Source: Bugula neritina (taxonomy: Eukaryota > Animalia > Bryozoa). Taken from it: a stretch of DNA of 64,000 bases. The stretch spans positions 5,922,741-5,986,740 of the forward strand of contig OZ037768.1 in the NCBI GenBank assembly GCA_964035545.1, in the 5' to 3' direction. How positions within the stretch are numbered: position 1 is the stretch's first letter; every line of letters begins with the position of its first letter. The notes below the pieces were generated by a model. The model did no database searches. It was given only the letters and a program-made list of their open reading frames with translations, and had not been told where the DNA came from. Of the stretch, positions 50,401 to 63,601 are shown piece by piece. The translations under genes were made by a program, and so were the position numbers.

Positions 50401-53400
50401 CGTAAGCAATACTTTCAAGAGAGAAAGCGGCAGTCTGATGTGAGTTTCTCTATATCATCCAATGCTAATGTATCTTTTTCTAGCCTATGTTACCCTCTTC
50501 TCATCAAGTTCTTCAACAGCTAGGAATTTCTTTGACATATATTTTTAATATTAATAATTTAAATGATTGTTGAAAGAATTCTGACATACACATTAGTAAT
50601 ATTTTAAGCTAGTTTAAGATGTGTTTGGGCATCATAAATGTTTGTTACAGCCTGCTCCTTGGTCAAACAGTGTGAGAAGAGAGAACACGTTTGTCCCGTC
50701 TACCGATGCCACATTCACAACTACTTCAGCATCATTCCGTCCTAAAACTGCTCCAGGTAACCAAAGTATCTGCTTTTTCCATAATACATTTCTTGTCCAG
50801 TTTATATAAACTATAAACGTACATGCGTAATTGCTTCTGACTTAATTTTCAAAAGTAATCTTCTCTACCTCTTAATGTTGCTATTAACAGTTACTGTTTT
50901 AGATAAGACAACACAAAAACATTACTTTACTTATAATTTATTTAAATATTCAGCTGCATGATATAATTATATTTTGTGTTTTATAAACTCATTTATTTAA
51001 TTTGGATAGAATTTCCTGATAATAATCGTGAGTTGTTTGAAACTCAAGAAAACGAAGACGGAACTTTGGGTAATTTGCCAAACCAATTGGAGTTGCACAT
51101 CCTTTTTGATTCCTTCACTGTATAGTTTTGTAACATCTGCTGTTTTAGTTAATAACCTCAGGCGTAGTGCAAAGACTTTAAATGTAATCGTTGTTTTCAT
51201 GTTGACCTTCCCGGTTTGTTTAGTAGCCTTGCCAATATCTGAACTTGGGTATTGTAATCTGGAGAATAGTTCTCTTCTCTTTCACTACAATGCATCATTC
51301 AGTGTAGTACCATAGTTAATGCTGGTATTTCATTTACACAATAACTAGGACTTCAATATACAAACTTTGCTAGCAATAATAAAAATATACACAGCCCTGT
51401 GGAGTATAATCATCTGCTACAACAAAACCAGATCTGACTATTTGTATTATTTTCTTCAAGTATATGTTCCATTTAATAGCACTAGTGCTTGTCATTTATG
51501 ATTGGACAATCTGCTTTCATGGTTTATTTCAGTTGAATGTTTTGATACAAGTTATTTTTTTCTGCACTTGAACAGTAAAATTCAAAAACTAAATTAGCTA
51601 TATGCATTGTGTAGGCATCAAGTGTATGATTCTTTGTGGATAATTGTGCCAAATAAAACTTAAAGGATTGCTCTATCTTAGTTTATTACAATCACATTAT
51701 AATTATGAACTATAATCTAATGTGTATGCAAACAATTGTGACTTTGCAAAGGGATATATGCCTAGAAAACAGCTTTTCAAAATTCCAATTTTGAGGGAGG
51801 TAAAATTTTCAGCCATGAAAAAGAATAGCCTAATACGTGACGTGTGAACGCCAGTAACTATGCTGCACGTGCTAAATATAACGCTAGTATTCAAGGTTGC
51901 TGAGCGCAACATCAACCAATAACGCTCAAGCAGTTACAGTGCGCTATATAGGTCAGCTTTGGTGCGCCTGTAATATTGCACAATCTGACCTAGTTTAGAT
52001 CGATCGCAGGCATTCATCCTAAAGGATGCATGTTTTTGCAATGCTTTTTTCTATGTTTACAAGCAAAATATGGCCTAATGTTATCACATACATGTTATTT
52101 AACATGTCAAAAAACTATAGATTGAGATAATTCACATTTGCACTTCTATAAATATACAAATTACGAGCTGAAAGATCACATCTCACAGTCATATTTCTAT
52201 AGTTATTCATTTGTATAGTCACGTGACCAGCAGGAATGCTGGCGCTGTTACGTCACATTTCCCAGCTCATTTCAAAATCTGCGTTTTGGCTGTTACCAAT
52301 CTACACCCTCAACTTCAACTAACTTTTTCTACCTTTGGTCAAATGCTTTTTGTCAATGCATGCTTAGAAAAACACAATATTATGTGTGTTTGACCTAAAT
52401 GGCCATTTATTAGACAAGATAGAGCAATCCTTTAAAATAGAAAATACTTGTGAGAAGTTGGTTGTTTTTCCGAAGTACAAAGTTACTGACAAATATTCTT
52501 TTCACCACTTGGTGTTAAGTTTAAAATAAAATGTATGTTAGATGCTAGTGCCCTGTAAATTATAGTTGAATATGATGAAAGTGAAGGAAGTGATAATGAA
52601 GATAACGCCACGACTGTGATGTCACAACCTGTAAGCAGAACTGTACCTGCCAACACGACAGTCATACTCAAGTCCAGCAGACTTCTTGGCACTAATTTTG
52701 CAGCAGACGATCGACCAATCACTCCGATGAAGGACAGAATGGTTTATGACGTCAAACACTCGTCTCTAGACTTTAGAGATGGTTAGATTGTATAAATATT
52801 ATCTAATATCACAATACTTATGTAGTTTGAATTTTATTGTATTTCGTTTTGTGCCATTAATTTGGATGAAAGCAATGCTGTTTGGTTATTCTTATTAGTA
52901 AATTTATTTTTTTATCAGGGAGCGGTAGCTAGACATACTTGCTTAATGACTGATAATCAAATCTTATTAGAGTAATCTGGCTTTAACCGTTGAATGCTTT
53001 CACGTTGCTAGCATGTTTTGAAGCAGAAGTTCAGAACAAAGCCACTAGTATCAATGCTCTCGCGATAATTGAGACTAGGAATGGATATAATTTCAACTAT
53101 CTGAATGCATACTGTGACTGATTTAGGAGTGCCTGAGGACCCGAGGGTAGCCGAGACCTATTACTCACAGTTTGAGGAGTTTGAGGAGGACCGGGACACG
53201 TCTCATGAAAGTGGAAATTCTGGTGCAGTGAGAGACAGTTTTGAGAGCAGTGAAGGGGGTGATGAGGGTGAAGAGGTATCAAAAATATTTTAAATAAATA
53301 CATAAGGTATCACAAAATTTTTACAAGAGAGTGATTTGTTATTTTTTGTAAACGAGTATTCTCATGTTAGAAAACTTCTGTACTTGCACTCCCATGCTAT

Positions 53401-56143
53401 CAAACCTTCACATATTTAAAATATGCCTTTTTATTGGTGTATATTTTCAAACCAATTAAACAGGGCAACATTAGCAGCTGCCGAAAAACAAATTGTTGCT
53501 TTCAAGGCTTATTGTAGAGTTTAGTGCATACCTTTGTATACATATCATGAAAATATTCTTCTACTTTCATAGAATTTTTAAAAACTGGTTTTTCATCATC
53601 CTAAGTTTGGCACTAGAAGTTTTTTTATATGACAGCAATTCACATTTCCCACAATGTAGACTGTAATTACCATCACATAGGCAGTAAGAAAATTTCAATA
53701 GCACAAGCTCTGTCCAATTTGTATAGCAACCGCTGAGCATAAAATATGTAATAACTTTTTCATTTTGGTGGATTTGTGTGCTTGATAAATTGTAGAAGTA
53801 TGAAACCGAGAATGAGGAGGAATATGTAGAGACACCCGAAGAGGAGCTCACTGTGATAGAAAACGAGGCTACACACCATTACAGGGGTACTTTCAAAGCT
53901 AAGGGTACTATGAAATCTGGGGGTACATTGAAAGCTGGTGGTACTTTGAAAGCTGGTGGGACTTTGAAAGCTGGTGGTACTTTGAAAGCTGGTGGTACTT
54001 TGAAAGCTGGTGGTACTTTGAAAGCTGCCGTAACTCTTGGATATGGAGAGGAAGAGGATGAAATGATAAAACACATGGAAAATCATCTTTCCACGTTGAA
54101 AGCCTCAAACTATGATGACAACGATTACAATGGTTAGTTTCAAGATAATCTTTACTTGTTGAATTTAGATTAAGTGTACTGTAAAGTAAGTATACTGTAG
54201 TGTAAGTATACTGTAAAGAAAGTGTAGAGTATAGTAAATATACTGTAGAGTAAGTATACTGTAGAGTAAGTGTAGAGTAGAGTAAGTATACAGTAGAGTA
54301 GGTATACTGTAGAGTAGGTATACTGTAGAGTAAATGTAGAGTAGAGTAAGTGTACTGTAATGATTCCTTTACTGTTTGTATACAGTTTTCAGGAAGAATA
54401 TTTTTAAAGTAGCAATAGTAAAAAGAATATATATTTTTATTTCTGTTACAGAAGACACGATAACCTTAGCTGACGATACTGTTGCAGGAGCCTTTGGCCC
54501 GACTGCTAGATCTATAAAAATTAGGAATCTTAGAAAGTATCCTTTTCTGCAAACTCAGTATTTACTACTAGAAGTTAGAATGGAGATTGAGGTCACCTGG
54601 TCACTGTGGTCCTGCGCGGGTGGCGGGTTTTTGCTTGATACCAAGTTTTACCAGACATCTCTATCGAAATCGATCTTCAGCATCTGCGCCATCTAGATCG
54701 AGCCATCTAAGGTCTGAGTTTATTGTATCACACCATCTTTGCTTTAGTCTACCCCTAGGTCGAACTCCCTCAACTGTCATCTCTGACACTCTCCGGATGT
54801 CTTCCTCACTTTCTCTTCTTCTAACATGCCCATACCACTGCATTCGTCTTTTCCTCATCAGGTCTTTAATCGGCATCACTCTTGCTTCTGCTGTTATTTC
54901 CTCATTTGGCTTATGATCCTCTAAACTGACATTCAAACTGTATCGCAGCATGCGCATCTCACATGATGACATCTTGTCCGCCAGAGGTTTTGTGATAGGC
55001 CAAGTCTCATTTCCGTATAGTAGGGTTGGTCTGATAGCTATTTTGTAAATCAGCACTTTGAGTTTTGTGGGCATTTTCTTGTCACAAAGCACACCAGACA
55101 GCTCTCTCCACTTATTCCAAGCCTTGGATATTTTCAGCTCAACCTTCCTCCAGCAGCCTCCCTCTTGGTGGATTGTTGTGCCCAAGTACTTGAATTTGGA
55201 ACACTTAGGCAGGCTTTCTATAACCTGACTACCATACTTCTTCATCCCGATGTTTTCTTGGTCTCCAACTGCTGGCAGATGCTCCGTTTTCTTTCGCCTT
55301 ATCTTCAATCCTGCTGCCTCTATTTTCTCTCTCCAGATCTTTAACCTTCTTTCTAATCTCTCTCTATTACTGTCGCACAGGACCAGATCATCGGCAAATA
55401 GCATTGCCCATGGGCTGTCCTCGTTTATGTCTTCTGCTAGGACATCCATAATTATGATAAATCGCAGCGGGCTTAGTGCCGATCCCTGATGTAATCCGAC
55501 TTCAATTTGGATTTTGCTTGTTTTAGCTAGGCGGTGGATGATCTTTGGTCCATTCTTGTTTAATTCATCATATAGGTTTTCTGATGCTGCTTGTTTTGCT
55601 ATGGCTACCTTTTCCTTGCTTGTCTTGTTCCGGCTGGTGTATCGTTCTCTTGCTTCTTCTTTGTTTTCTTCACTTGCTATTTTCAACTCTTTCCATGCAT
55701 CTCCTTTTTCTTTTACTGCTGACTGTACTTCTTCATTCCACCACCAAGACTCTTTCTCTAGGTACTTTCTTGTCAATGGAGATTGAGGTAAAACTGCATA
55801 TTTAAATACTATATGCAGCTTCGCCTCAATCTCGGTGCTAATTTCTAGTCAACAGAGTCCACTGTGAGACTCGCAACTTGTGCAAATCTATTAAGTATAT
55901 TATTTGCATTTCCTTGACAATAAGTTTAGAAATGGAGAAAGTAAGTTGGGAAAAGAAGCATTCAAGAAAGCTTACGAGTTTCTAAAACACGCTCGCTATG
56001 GTGACGACGGTGCGACCTCAACGGTAGATGAAAGTCACATTATGTCACAGCTAAGGGGGATAACTCCGCATATTAGTGAGTGCTTTCTTATAGATCAGCT
56101 ACTTTTTCTAGAGAAACAAGCAGATATAGACAAGTCTAGCTGA
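47498..56143 (+). CDS. NEK11: NIMA-related kinase 11 (about 15 coding exons)
   Basis: RYRIEKKLGSGNFGTAYLV, KVLKQIPCGELQPDETVDAMHEAKLLSKL, HRDLKARNIFL, IGDFGISRILMG, FTGTPYYMSPEVLKHEGY, LTPRERMRLRK, GVPEDPRVAETYY and C-terminal KLGKEAFKKAYEFLK..CFLIDQLLFLE, all NEK11-like. Confidence 0.9.
53886..54029 (+). repeat. Exonic 18-bp repeat x8 encoding GT(L/M/F)K(A/S)G
   Basis: Lies in frame inside the NEK11 exon at approx. 53796-54132. Confidence 0.9.
54170..54360. repeat. Intronic ~16-bp minisatellite (agtaagtatactgtag)
   Basis: About 11 degenerate copies. Confidence 0.85.
54537..55929 (+). other. U12-type (minor spliceosome) GT-AG intron of NEK11
   Basis: 5' site GTATCCTTT; branch site TTCCTTGAC with the A at 55917, 12 nt before the AG; the phase-2 join restores ..RNLRK-NGESKLGKEAF. 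Confidence 0.85.
54594..55774 (-). mobile_element. 5'-truncated, internally deleted RTE-clade LINE with 15-bp TSD
   Basis: WWWNEEVQ, GLHQGSALSP, MLFADD, FKYLG, IRPTLLYG.ETW, QWYGHV, RPRGR..RW. AATGGAGATTGAGGT is duplicated at 54579-54593 and 55775-55789. Confidence 0.9.
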
Positions 56144-57012
56144 AAATCTTCAAAGGAATATTGATTGCATATATTAATATATTCTAGCATTACATAGTTT
56201 GATATGTTTAACCTCCTCACCAAAGCTTGATGGACGGGTATACTATAAAATGTTTATTGAAGGTAAAATCTATCTCATTATTTTCCTATAAATTTGTGCC
56301 ATGTAATTGATTATATTAAAACCATCAGGTAAATTGATATTTAGAGTTAAAAGCTGGATATAGCACGCCACCTGACATATGAGATATAATATAATACACT
56401 TATTAAGCAAATTTATAGATTTTGTGTTTTATATTCCTAATATATTATTTCATCAATGACTATTTTAATCAGTGCTATTACTTTATAGAGTGTACAGATA
56501 TGTTTATATATACCATTTTTTATCACGTGACATATTGCTTTTATATCCGTAATATTGATTTATGTATATTAATCTAATGTTTATCGTGAATTTTGTTGCT
56601 TATTATAAGCATTCATTACACACCATACACCAATTCGCTCAATCATTGTATTATTTGAATCAACACAGTTGTGCTTCCTATAATAGAAAATAGATGTATT
56701 ATGCTTATATGGTAATTTCTGTTCTCTTTGATTACAGAGCTAAATAAGTGAAAATTAGAGTGGCAAAATACTACTATATTTTAAAGTTGACAATAAATTA
56801 CATAACAAATAATAGGCCAAACAATTAACATGAATATATGACAAAAAATACAAATCAGTTTTTAAAGGTGAACTATATACAAGTGTGTTTTAAGGCAGTT
56901 ATCAGACCAAGTACCATCATTTGTGAGTAAAATATTGGTACTTGTTTTAATCACAAATATCACCATTTTATACCAATGACTAGATTATTAACACGATCTA
57001 ATTTTGTGAAGA

Positions 57013-60000
57013 TTATTTCTTTCTGCGACTTCTTCGCCTTGATTGTGGTGTTGATGAAGCGCCAACCGATATTTGACCATCTTCCAATTCTTTAGCATCT
57101 AACCCAGTGTTTTCTGACGAAAGTTTATTTTGAGCTTCTAAGTGAAACAATATATCTCTAAGTTGTTCTTGGGTATCTTTCAATTCCTGAAACATAACAT
57201 TTGTGATCAATTTTAGAGTTATCCCCCTTGAGTGTTGTCGCTGCATATTATCTCCACTTTTCCCCTTTCATAACTATTTGTCAAGATTGATAGCAATTTC
57301 TAACCTGAATTCTCACCAAATCACGGCTTCCCGAAGACACCATTTGAGTCTATAAATATTCCTTATTGATTTTGTCATTTACACACTTCAAATATTTAAA
57401 ATATAATTTTATATAAATATTAGAACACCCTTCCCATAACACCGTCTTTGTCTTGGGGTTGTAGCTCATTCAGTGAAGATAACTGAGAGTGGGCCTGCTG
57501 ACACCCATGAAATTTAACAAACCAGCATCGGGTGGTGTGAAAACATTGCTTAGATGCAATTTCTGGGGCCACGACAAGTGGTTATTGATATGTTGGTGCA
57601 ACAGCTACACAGAGTTATGAGTCACTTGTGCATGATCTGCTTGAACACCTTGTATGGCAATAACAACACAGCCCTTTTTTCCTCAACCAGTAGTTTAATC
57701 CATCGCATACAATAATTCACACATGCACATATACCAAGATCTAATGAGAGTTTCCCAAATTAATAGTTAATTTTAATTGCTAACTAGTATAATATATTAA
57801 AATACACAATAATGTCTTGCTATAGCAATGAATTTTCATAAAAACACCTACATGCATTTAATAAAGCTAACAAAATATAGTTTATATTCTATGTTTTGTT
57901 AAACCTAGACCCAACATCAACAATTTTTGTTTACAAATTTAGTAGTAATATTTTCTTTACTGAAATTAAAAATTAGGGTCTATTGACATATCCCAAACAT
58001 GCATTAAATGTTAATAATAGATACCTTTTCCTGTTTCTGTTTGTCTTCTTCAAGACGCTGAACTGCACTCTGCCAGTGCTGTTGATTATTCAACAGAGAA
58101 CGATTCATTGCCTGCTCTTCTTGAAGTTGATTTAAAACTTTTTTATACTGTGTTGACAGCTGAAAAAAGAAACTTTCTTTATAATACTTCAAAAAAAAAG
58201 TCATAGAAAATAAATGAAGGAAAAAGAACATTCTTGATGTAAAACCAACATAACATTGTCTATCAGAGATGCAGCATTGGTTTGTGTAACAAAACAACAT
58301 ACACTCTTTAGGAAAGAGAATTTAAACAATTCATTAAACTTCACCTAAACACTCCTCATTGTGATATGAAAAAATCAAGCTGGTACACCAAATGGAATTA
58401 AAAGTTATAAGAATATGTTAGCTTACACTGCAGACAAATTACATAATATAATATAAATTCTAAACAAACGTCAGCTTGCAGAGGCGATGCAGTGTTTATG
58501 CTAACAGGAACAATTGACTACCTGTTCACACTTCTTCTCAAAGTATTCTTTACTCTTTTGTAATGTTTGAATGTCTTGACCTTCAGTGGCTTTGAGGTCA
58601 ACCATGCTGTCCAACCTATGCTCTGTTTTAGCTATCTTGTCAGCACATTCTAATTCTACAGCAGTTATCCTCTCTTCAAAGTACCGCCTCTGTGATTCCA
58701 GTTGACTCGTCAACAAGTATGTATACTAAAATAATTACATATAAGCTTACATCTTACATTTTCACAGATTAATTTAACCAGCATGCATATGAGAAACATA
58801 TAATAGATTGTGATGTATACAATTAAGGTCACTAAGTTTCCTAATTTAACTTTGTAAACCCACAAACATTAGCCATTTAAATAATGGCAACTACATGACA
58901 CAGTTGGCACATGCCTTTAACTATAGAGCACTACATGACTACAGTAACTAAGATTACATTGCACTAGGATAAAAATACACAAGCAATTAGAAGTAGAAGG
59001 GAGTATTTCCCTTCAATAGTCAACAACCTCTAAAGTTAGAGAGTCTAACTTTTCATCATTGACTCTCTGGGAACGTTCATCCATTTCTACGAGTTTGCCA
59101 TCTTCTTTATTCTGTATCAGTCTGTGCACGTAGTTGTCACCTACATAGTCCCACACCCGCCCAGTACTCAACTGCATGGAGTAAGTGTGATTAGTCTTGG
59201 CAAAGTGGCGGTACGCATGTCCTTCTACATACCTACCGCATCCAACATGTCCACATATCAGGCATATCCACAGAGACTACAAATATAAAGAGAGACAACT
59301 AAAACCAACGTATAGCAAGACAAATAAATATACAAAGAAAAACAGCTTTATCTAGCAACAACTATTTTTATAAAAAAAAATCAAGTTCTGTCGCAAATAT
59401 TCCAACTAAATGATGAACAAAATAGCACCAGTTGGTATATAATGTGTAGTCTGATGATTTGCATACAATAATGTAACAATGCACTAAATATCTGTTTACT
59501 AGAACTATTGCTCACTTCAGTTGAGTCACATTCAAAGCAGGAGTTTTCTCCACTTTCTTCTGGAGTCTGACTATAGCGACAGACGGGACAGCTACAAAAC
59601 ATACAAAACTGCTTACTGGATATCTTAGCAAAGGGGAGCTACTAACATAGAACAATGTACTGGAGATAATACTACTAACATAGAACAGTGCTGCTGTATA
59701 TTAAATAGAGTTCACTAGAGTCTTACCTAGTGTCTCCCCACTTCTTGAGACAGTTACCATGGAATGCATGATTACAGAGAATAGTTAGTATTCCATCTAC
59801 AGACTCATCCATTCTTTCCAGACATACTGGGCAGTTGGGTAGCTCTATCAACCCAGGGATAGGTACTGCGCCACCCTAAATATATACACTATTCAGCTAT
59901 GAAACACCAAATATTAAACACATTCCTACGATCAGCTAAATGTCCAGGAAGGACTGAAAATAAGTCTTTATCCAAGAGCTCTGGTCACTAACATCCAGTA

Positions 60001-63000
60001 TTACTACAACGAAAAGGCAACATACCCTGTCACTATATTAAAGCAGTTATACCAACATGATAGATACAACAGTTGACCTATAGATAGGCTCTAATGCAAA
60101 TGGTATGGTAAATTATTGGCATTCCACAGAAAGCTACAAAACAGGACTAACAAATGAAAATCACAAAATGATTCATTTATGAAACATACAAATACGGAAA
60201 AAAACCCTAAAAAGCTCCGGCAACAGTTGTGATAAAACTGGAAAGTGATACTTTTAAATTTTCACACATCCACCATTTTTAATAACCCCAAAGTGCCACG
60301 GGATTACTAAAAATTAGTAGGGAGTCGAATAGATGACCACATGTACTAGTCGTACGTAACATATTAAGAATTCCATGAAACTTAAACAAACCTCAGATTC
60401 TTTGCGGAAATCAACTTGCGCCACGTAGACGAGGTGGCAAATGTTAGGCTCAATGCTGTTGAACTGCGTGCCATTGTAGTTGATGTAAAACTCATCTGCC
60501 AATTCCTAGAGAAAGTTAATCATCATATCAAGATGGATTAGGAATGTGTTATATTCAAATATAGCTGAAAGACATATTTAGGTTACAGCAATAAACAGTT
60601 AGATAAGGTAAACAACAATTAAAGAACTAGTGATATTGGAATACAAAATACAATCTAAATAAATTCATTAAAATCAGCTTATTTTACCACCACATGTTCT
60701 TTTTTAATACTAATATTGGTTAGAATGCTGTAATAAAGAGACTTAACATATTCGATAAAAAAATATATAGCAAATTTATAGAAATAAAGGTAGTTCTAAA
60801 TTAACAAATTAATAAAATGAACACTACTATAGGGTCTAGTCATGACAACAATGCTGCATTAAAAAGAGAATAGTCACCTGAGATTTAAACTTGACTAAAA
60901 CCATGTAGCGGTTAGGAGACATGTCTCTGATGATCTTCATATACTCGATACCCTGACTACAACATAATATATACTCAATACTCTGACTACAACATAATAT
61001 ATACTCAATACCCTGACTACAACATAATATATATACTCAATACCCTGACTACAACATAATATATACTCAATACCCTGACTACAGCATAATATATACTCAA
61101 TACCCTGACTACAACATAATATATACTCAATACTCTGACTACAACATAATATATACTCAATACCCTGACTACAACATAATATATACTCAATACCCTGACT
61201 ACAACATAATATATACTCAATACCCTGACTACAACATAATATATACTCAATACTCTGACTACAACATAATATATACTCAATACCCTGACTACAGCATAAT
61301 ATATACTCAATACCCTGACTACAACATAATATATACTCAATACCCTGACTACAGCATAATATATACTCAATACCCTGACTACAACATAATATATACTCAA
61401 TACCCTGACTACAGCATAATATATACTCAATACTCTGACTACAACATAATATATATACTCAATATCCTGACTACAGCATAATATATACTCAATACTCTAC
61501 ACTCTACAAAAATACACATAGTCACTGTATTTTGGCAACAGAGCAATTCTCAATATGGTAGACATGAACTAACTAGACGTGGTCAGTGAACTGTAGCAGG
61601 TCATGCAGAGTGAATGTAGCTGGCACTGAGAGCATACATATTAGTTCACTCCTGCTAGCATCTTTAGTCATGCTGGTCTTCTTACTACAACACAAACACC
61701 ATCATATATTCAGGTAGAATAATGCAGGTATAATACATTAACACATGTAGTCTACACTTACAAGTCGCCTGTAAAATGAATATCGGTGGAAAAAGCATAT
61801 CACATGGAAAGCTTTTATGTTGACATAGCAACTCTAAACCCGTTAGAATCTGCCTTGCATCTTATAACATTACCGAAAATATTTCTAATAACTGCAAGAA
61901 GCAGTTGCCACAAAAACAACAGAGTATATGCAAGATTGATATGCAAGCCAACAGAATATTACAGAAAATACACATTTAAACAATATTTTTGAAGTTGTCC
62001 TGCCAATACTTTTACATGAGTGTATTTTTAACGTCATCCATTTAATAAACCAGCAGTAAAGCCATAAAAAGTCAGAAGTTGTGCTCACCTGTCTTTATAT
62101 AAATGTAGTATTCCCTGTACTCTCTCAACCGAAGGATTACCACAGTAAAAGTCAACAGTACTACTCAACTTGGCCGTAGCAGACTTGGGACGACTCCTTC
62201 TGGGGGCTCCTCGCTCAGTATAGGAGTCTGGTGAACCCTGACGAGTGTGAGAGGAGATAATACTATGTATATGCACATGTTATCACACAGAATACTTTGT
62301 ATATGTACATGTTATCACACAGAATACTTTGTATATGTACATGTTATCACACAGAATACTATGTATATGCTATCACAATTATAACATACGTAATGAGGAA
62401 AGTTCACTTTCTATGTGTTAGCGAGATATGATATAAATTTCAACTGCCTAATACTAATTAATTTATAAATAAAAGATGTTGTAAACATTAAAACTCGCAA
62501 TTGAGAAACTGCACCAGCCTATCATTTACCACTTGACTAGATTTTGAATTCCAACACAGATAAAAAATATTTAGTTTTCTAGTTGTCATATAATTCAACT
62601 TGCACGTATTATAATACAGCAGCATGCACATCACATTACCCGGGAGGTAGAGGGCTGGGGATCTGTAGGTGAGCTTGCTGACGCTACTGACTTGTGCGCT
62701 ACTGCGGCAGCATAACTACCGGGTACTGCATCGCTGTCTGTGCTAGAGCGCAGCGAGTGTCTTTGACTGCTACTTGAGCTTGAACGTGGACTCCCATTCT
62801 TTGAAGGCTGACCAGATGCCTTAGTGGTTTCTACAATAAAAACATAATAATTATACGCGATACCCGACTTAGAACACATTTCAAGCATCAGAAGCATTAA
62901 GTAACATGATATAATATTTTCATATAGTAAGTAATGCCATGTATGCTAGATACCTGCTATGTTACTAAATGTCATTATTTATAGCATGTGATTGGCCTGA

Positions 63001-63601
63001 TAAAAAAATGTCACATGATTCAATTTATTGTATGAATTAAGAACACTTGCTGACTTGATGCCTCTAGCACATTTGATTCTTTACCCTACCATTAAAGACT
63101 AAAGTCTCGACTGTCACTTCATCAATTTGTCTACACCCTCTGATTTCTTCTGTTGTGCCACCATTTACTTTCTCTGCTTCGCTAGTGTCTTCCATATCCA
63201 GGAAAAAATTTGGAGCTATAAGTTATAAATATTCAAAATACATACTTTGACATTATAATAGTACGCATAAATCAAATATTTATATAATTCACTGAGTGCC
63301 TTTTTGAGAGTACAGTTTTATTTATTTAAAATTCAACAGAAAATACCATTGAAAATTGTTGTATAAATTACATTAGACATATAATTTAAAAATAGTCATG
63401 GCTTTAGCAACCAATTACTAATTGAAAGATGTCACATGACTACTTATCATATATAACTAGTTGCAATGACATAGATAAGTACTCAATCAAGACACTTGTA
63501 CTAGAATAGAATATTTAGTTACCAGAGTAGTGCAAGTCTAGTTCAGGGGAGTCGTCAATCAATTCTATTCGTATTACAACCAATGTTATACTATTGGTCA
63601 T
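57013..63601 (-). CDS. BRAP: BRCA1-associated protein (BRAP2/IMP) E3 ubiquitin ligase
   Basis: [14 protein letters not shown]; [19 protein letters not shown]; BRAP2 domain ..[17 protein letters not shown]; [39 protein letters not shown]; Zn[32 protein letters not shown]; coiled coil [13 protein letters not shown]. Confidence 0.95.
60939..61500 (-). repeat. 30-bp tandem array (about 18 units) duplicating a BRAP intron/exon junction
   Basis: Unit on the minus strand is attatgttgtAG|TCAGGGTATTGAGTATAT; the last copy is the real exon start (60956). Confidence 0.92.
62260..62378. repeat. 31-bp tandem repeat, about 3.5 copies, in a BRAP intron
   Basis: aatactttgtatatgtacatgttatcacacag units. Confidence 0.85.

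Noticed and set aside
50997-51315. Overlapping ORFs in a NEK11 intron
   Set aside because: No recognisable motif or splice context; possibly a decayed element, but unsupported.
57430-57660. Possible SINE or ribozyme (GGGGTTGTAGCTCA start, higher GC) in a BRAP intron
   Set aside because: No B-box, and no complete twister, hammerhead or HDV core could be assembled by eye; it would need an Infernal search.
60939-61500. CRISPR-like array, or the 137-aa ORF 61017-61430
   Set aside because: Head-to-tail repeats without unique spacers in a eukaryotic intron; the ORF is just the repeat read in another frame.
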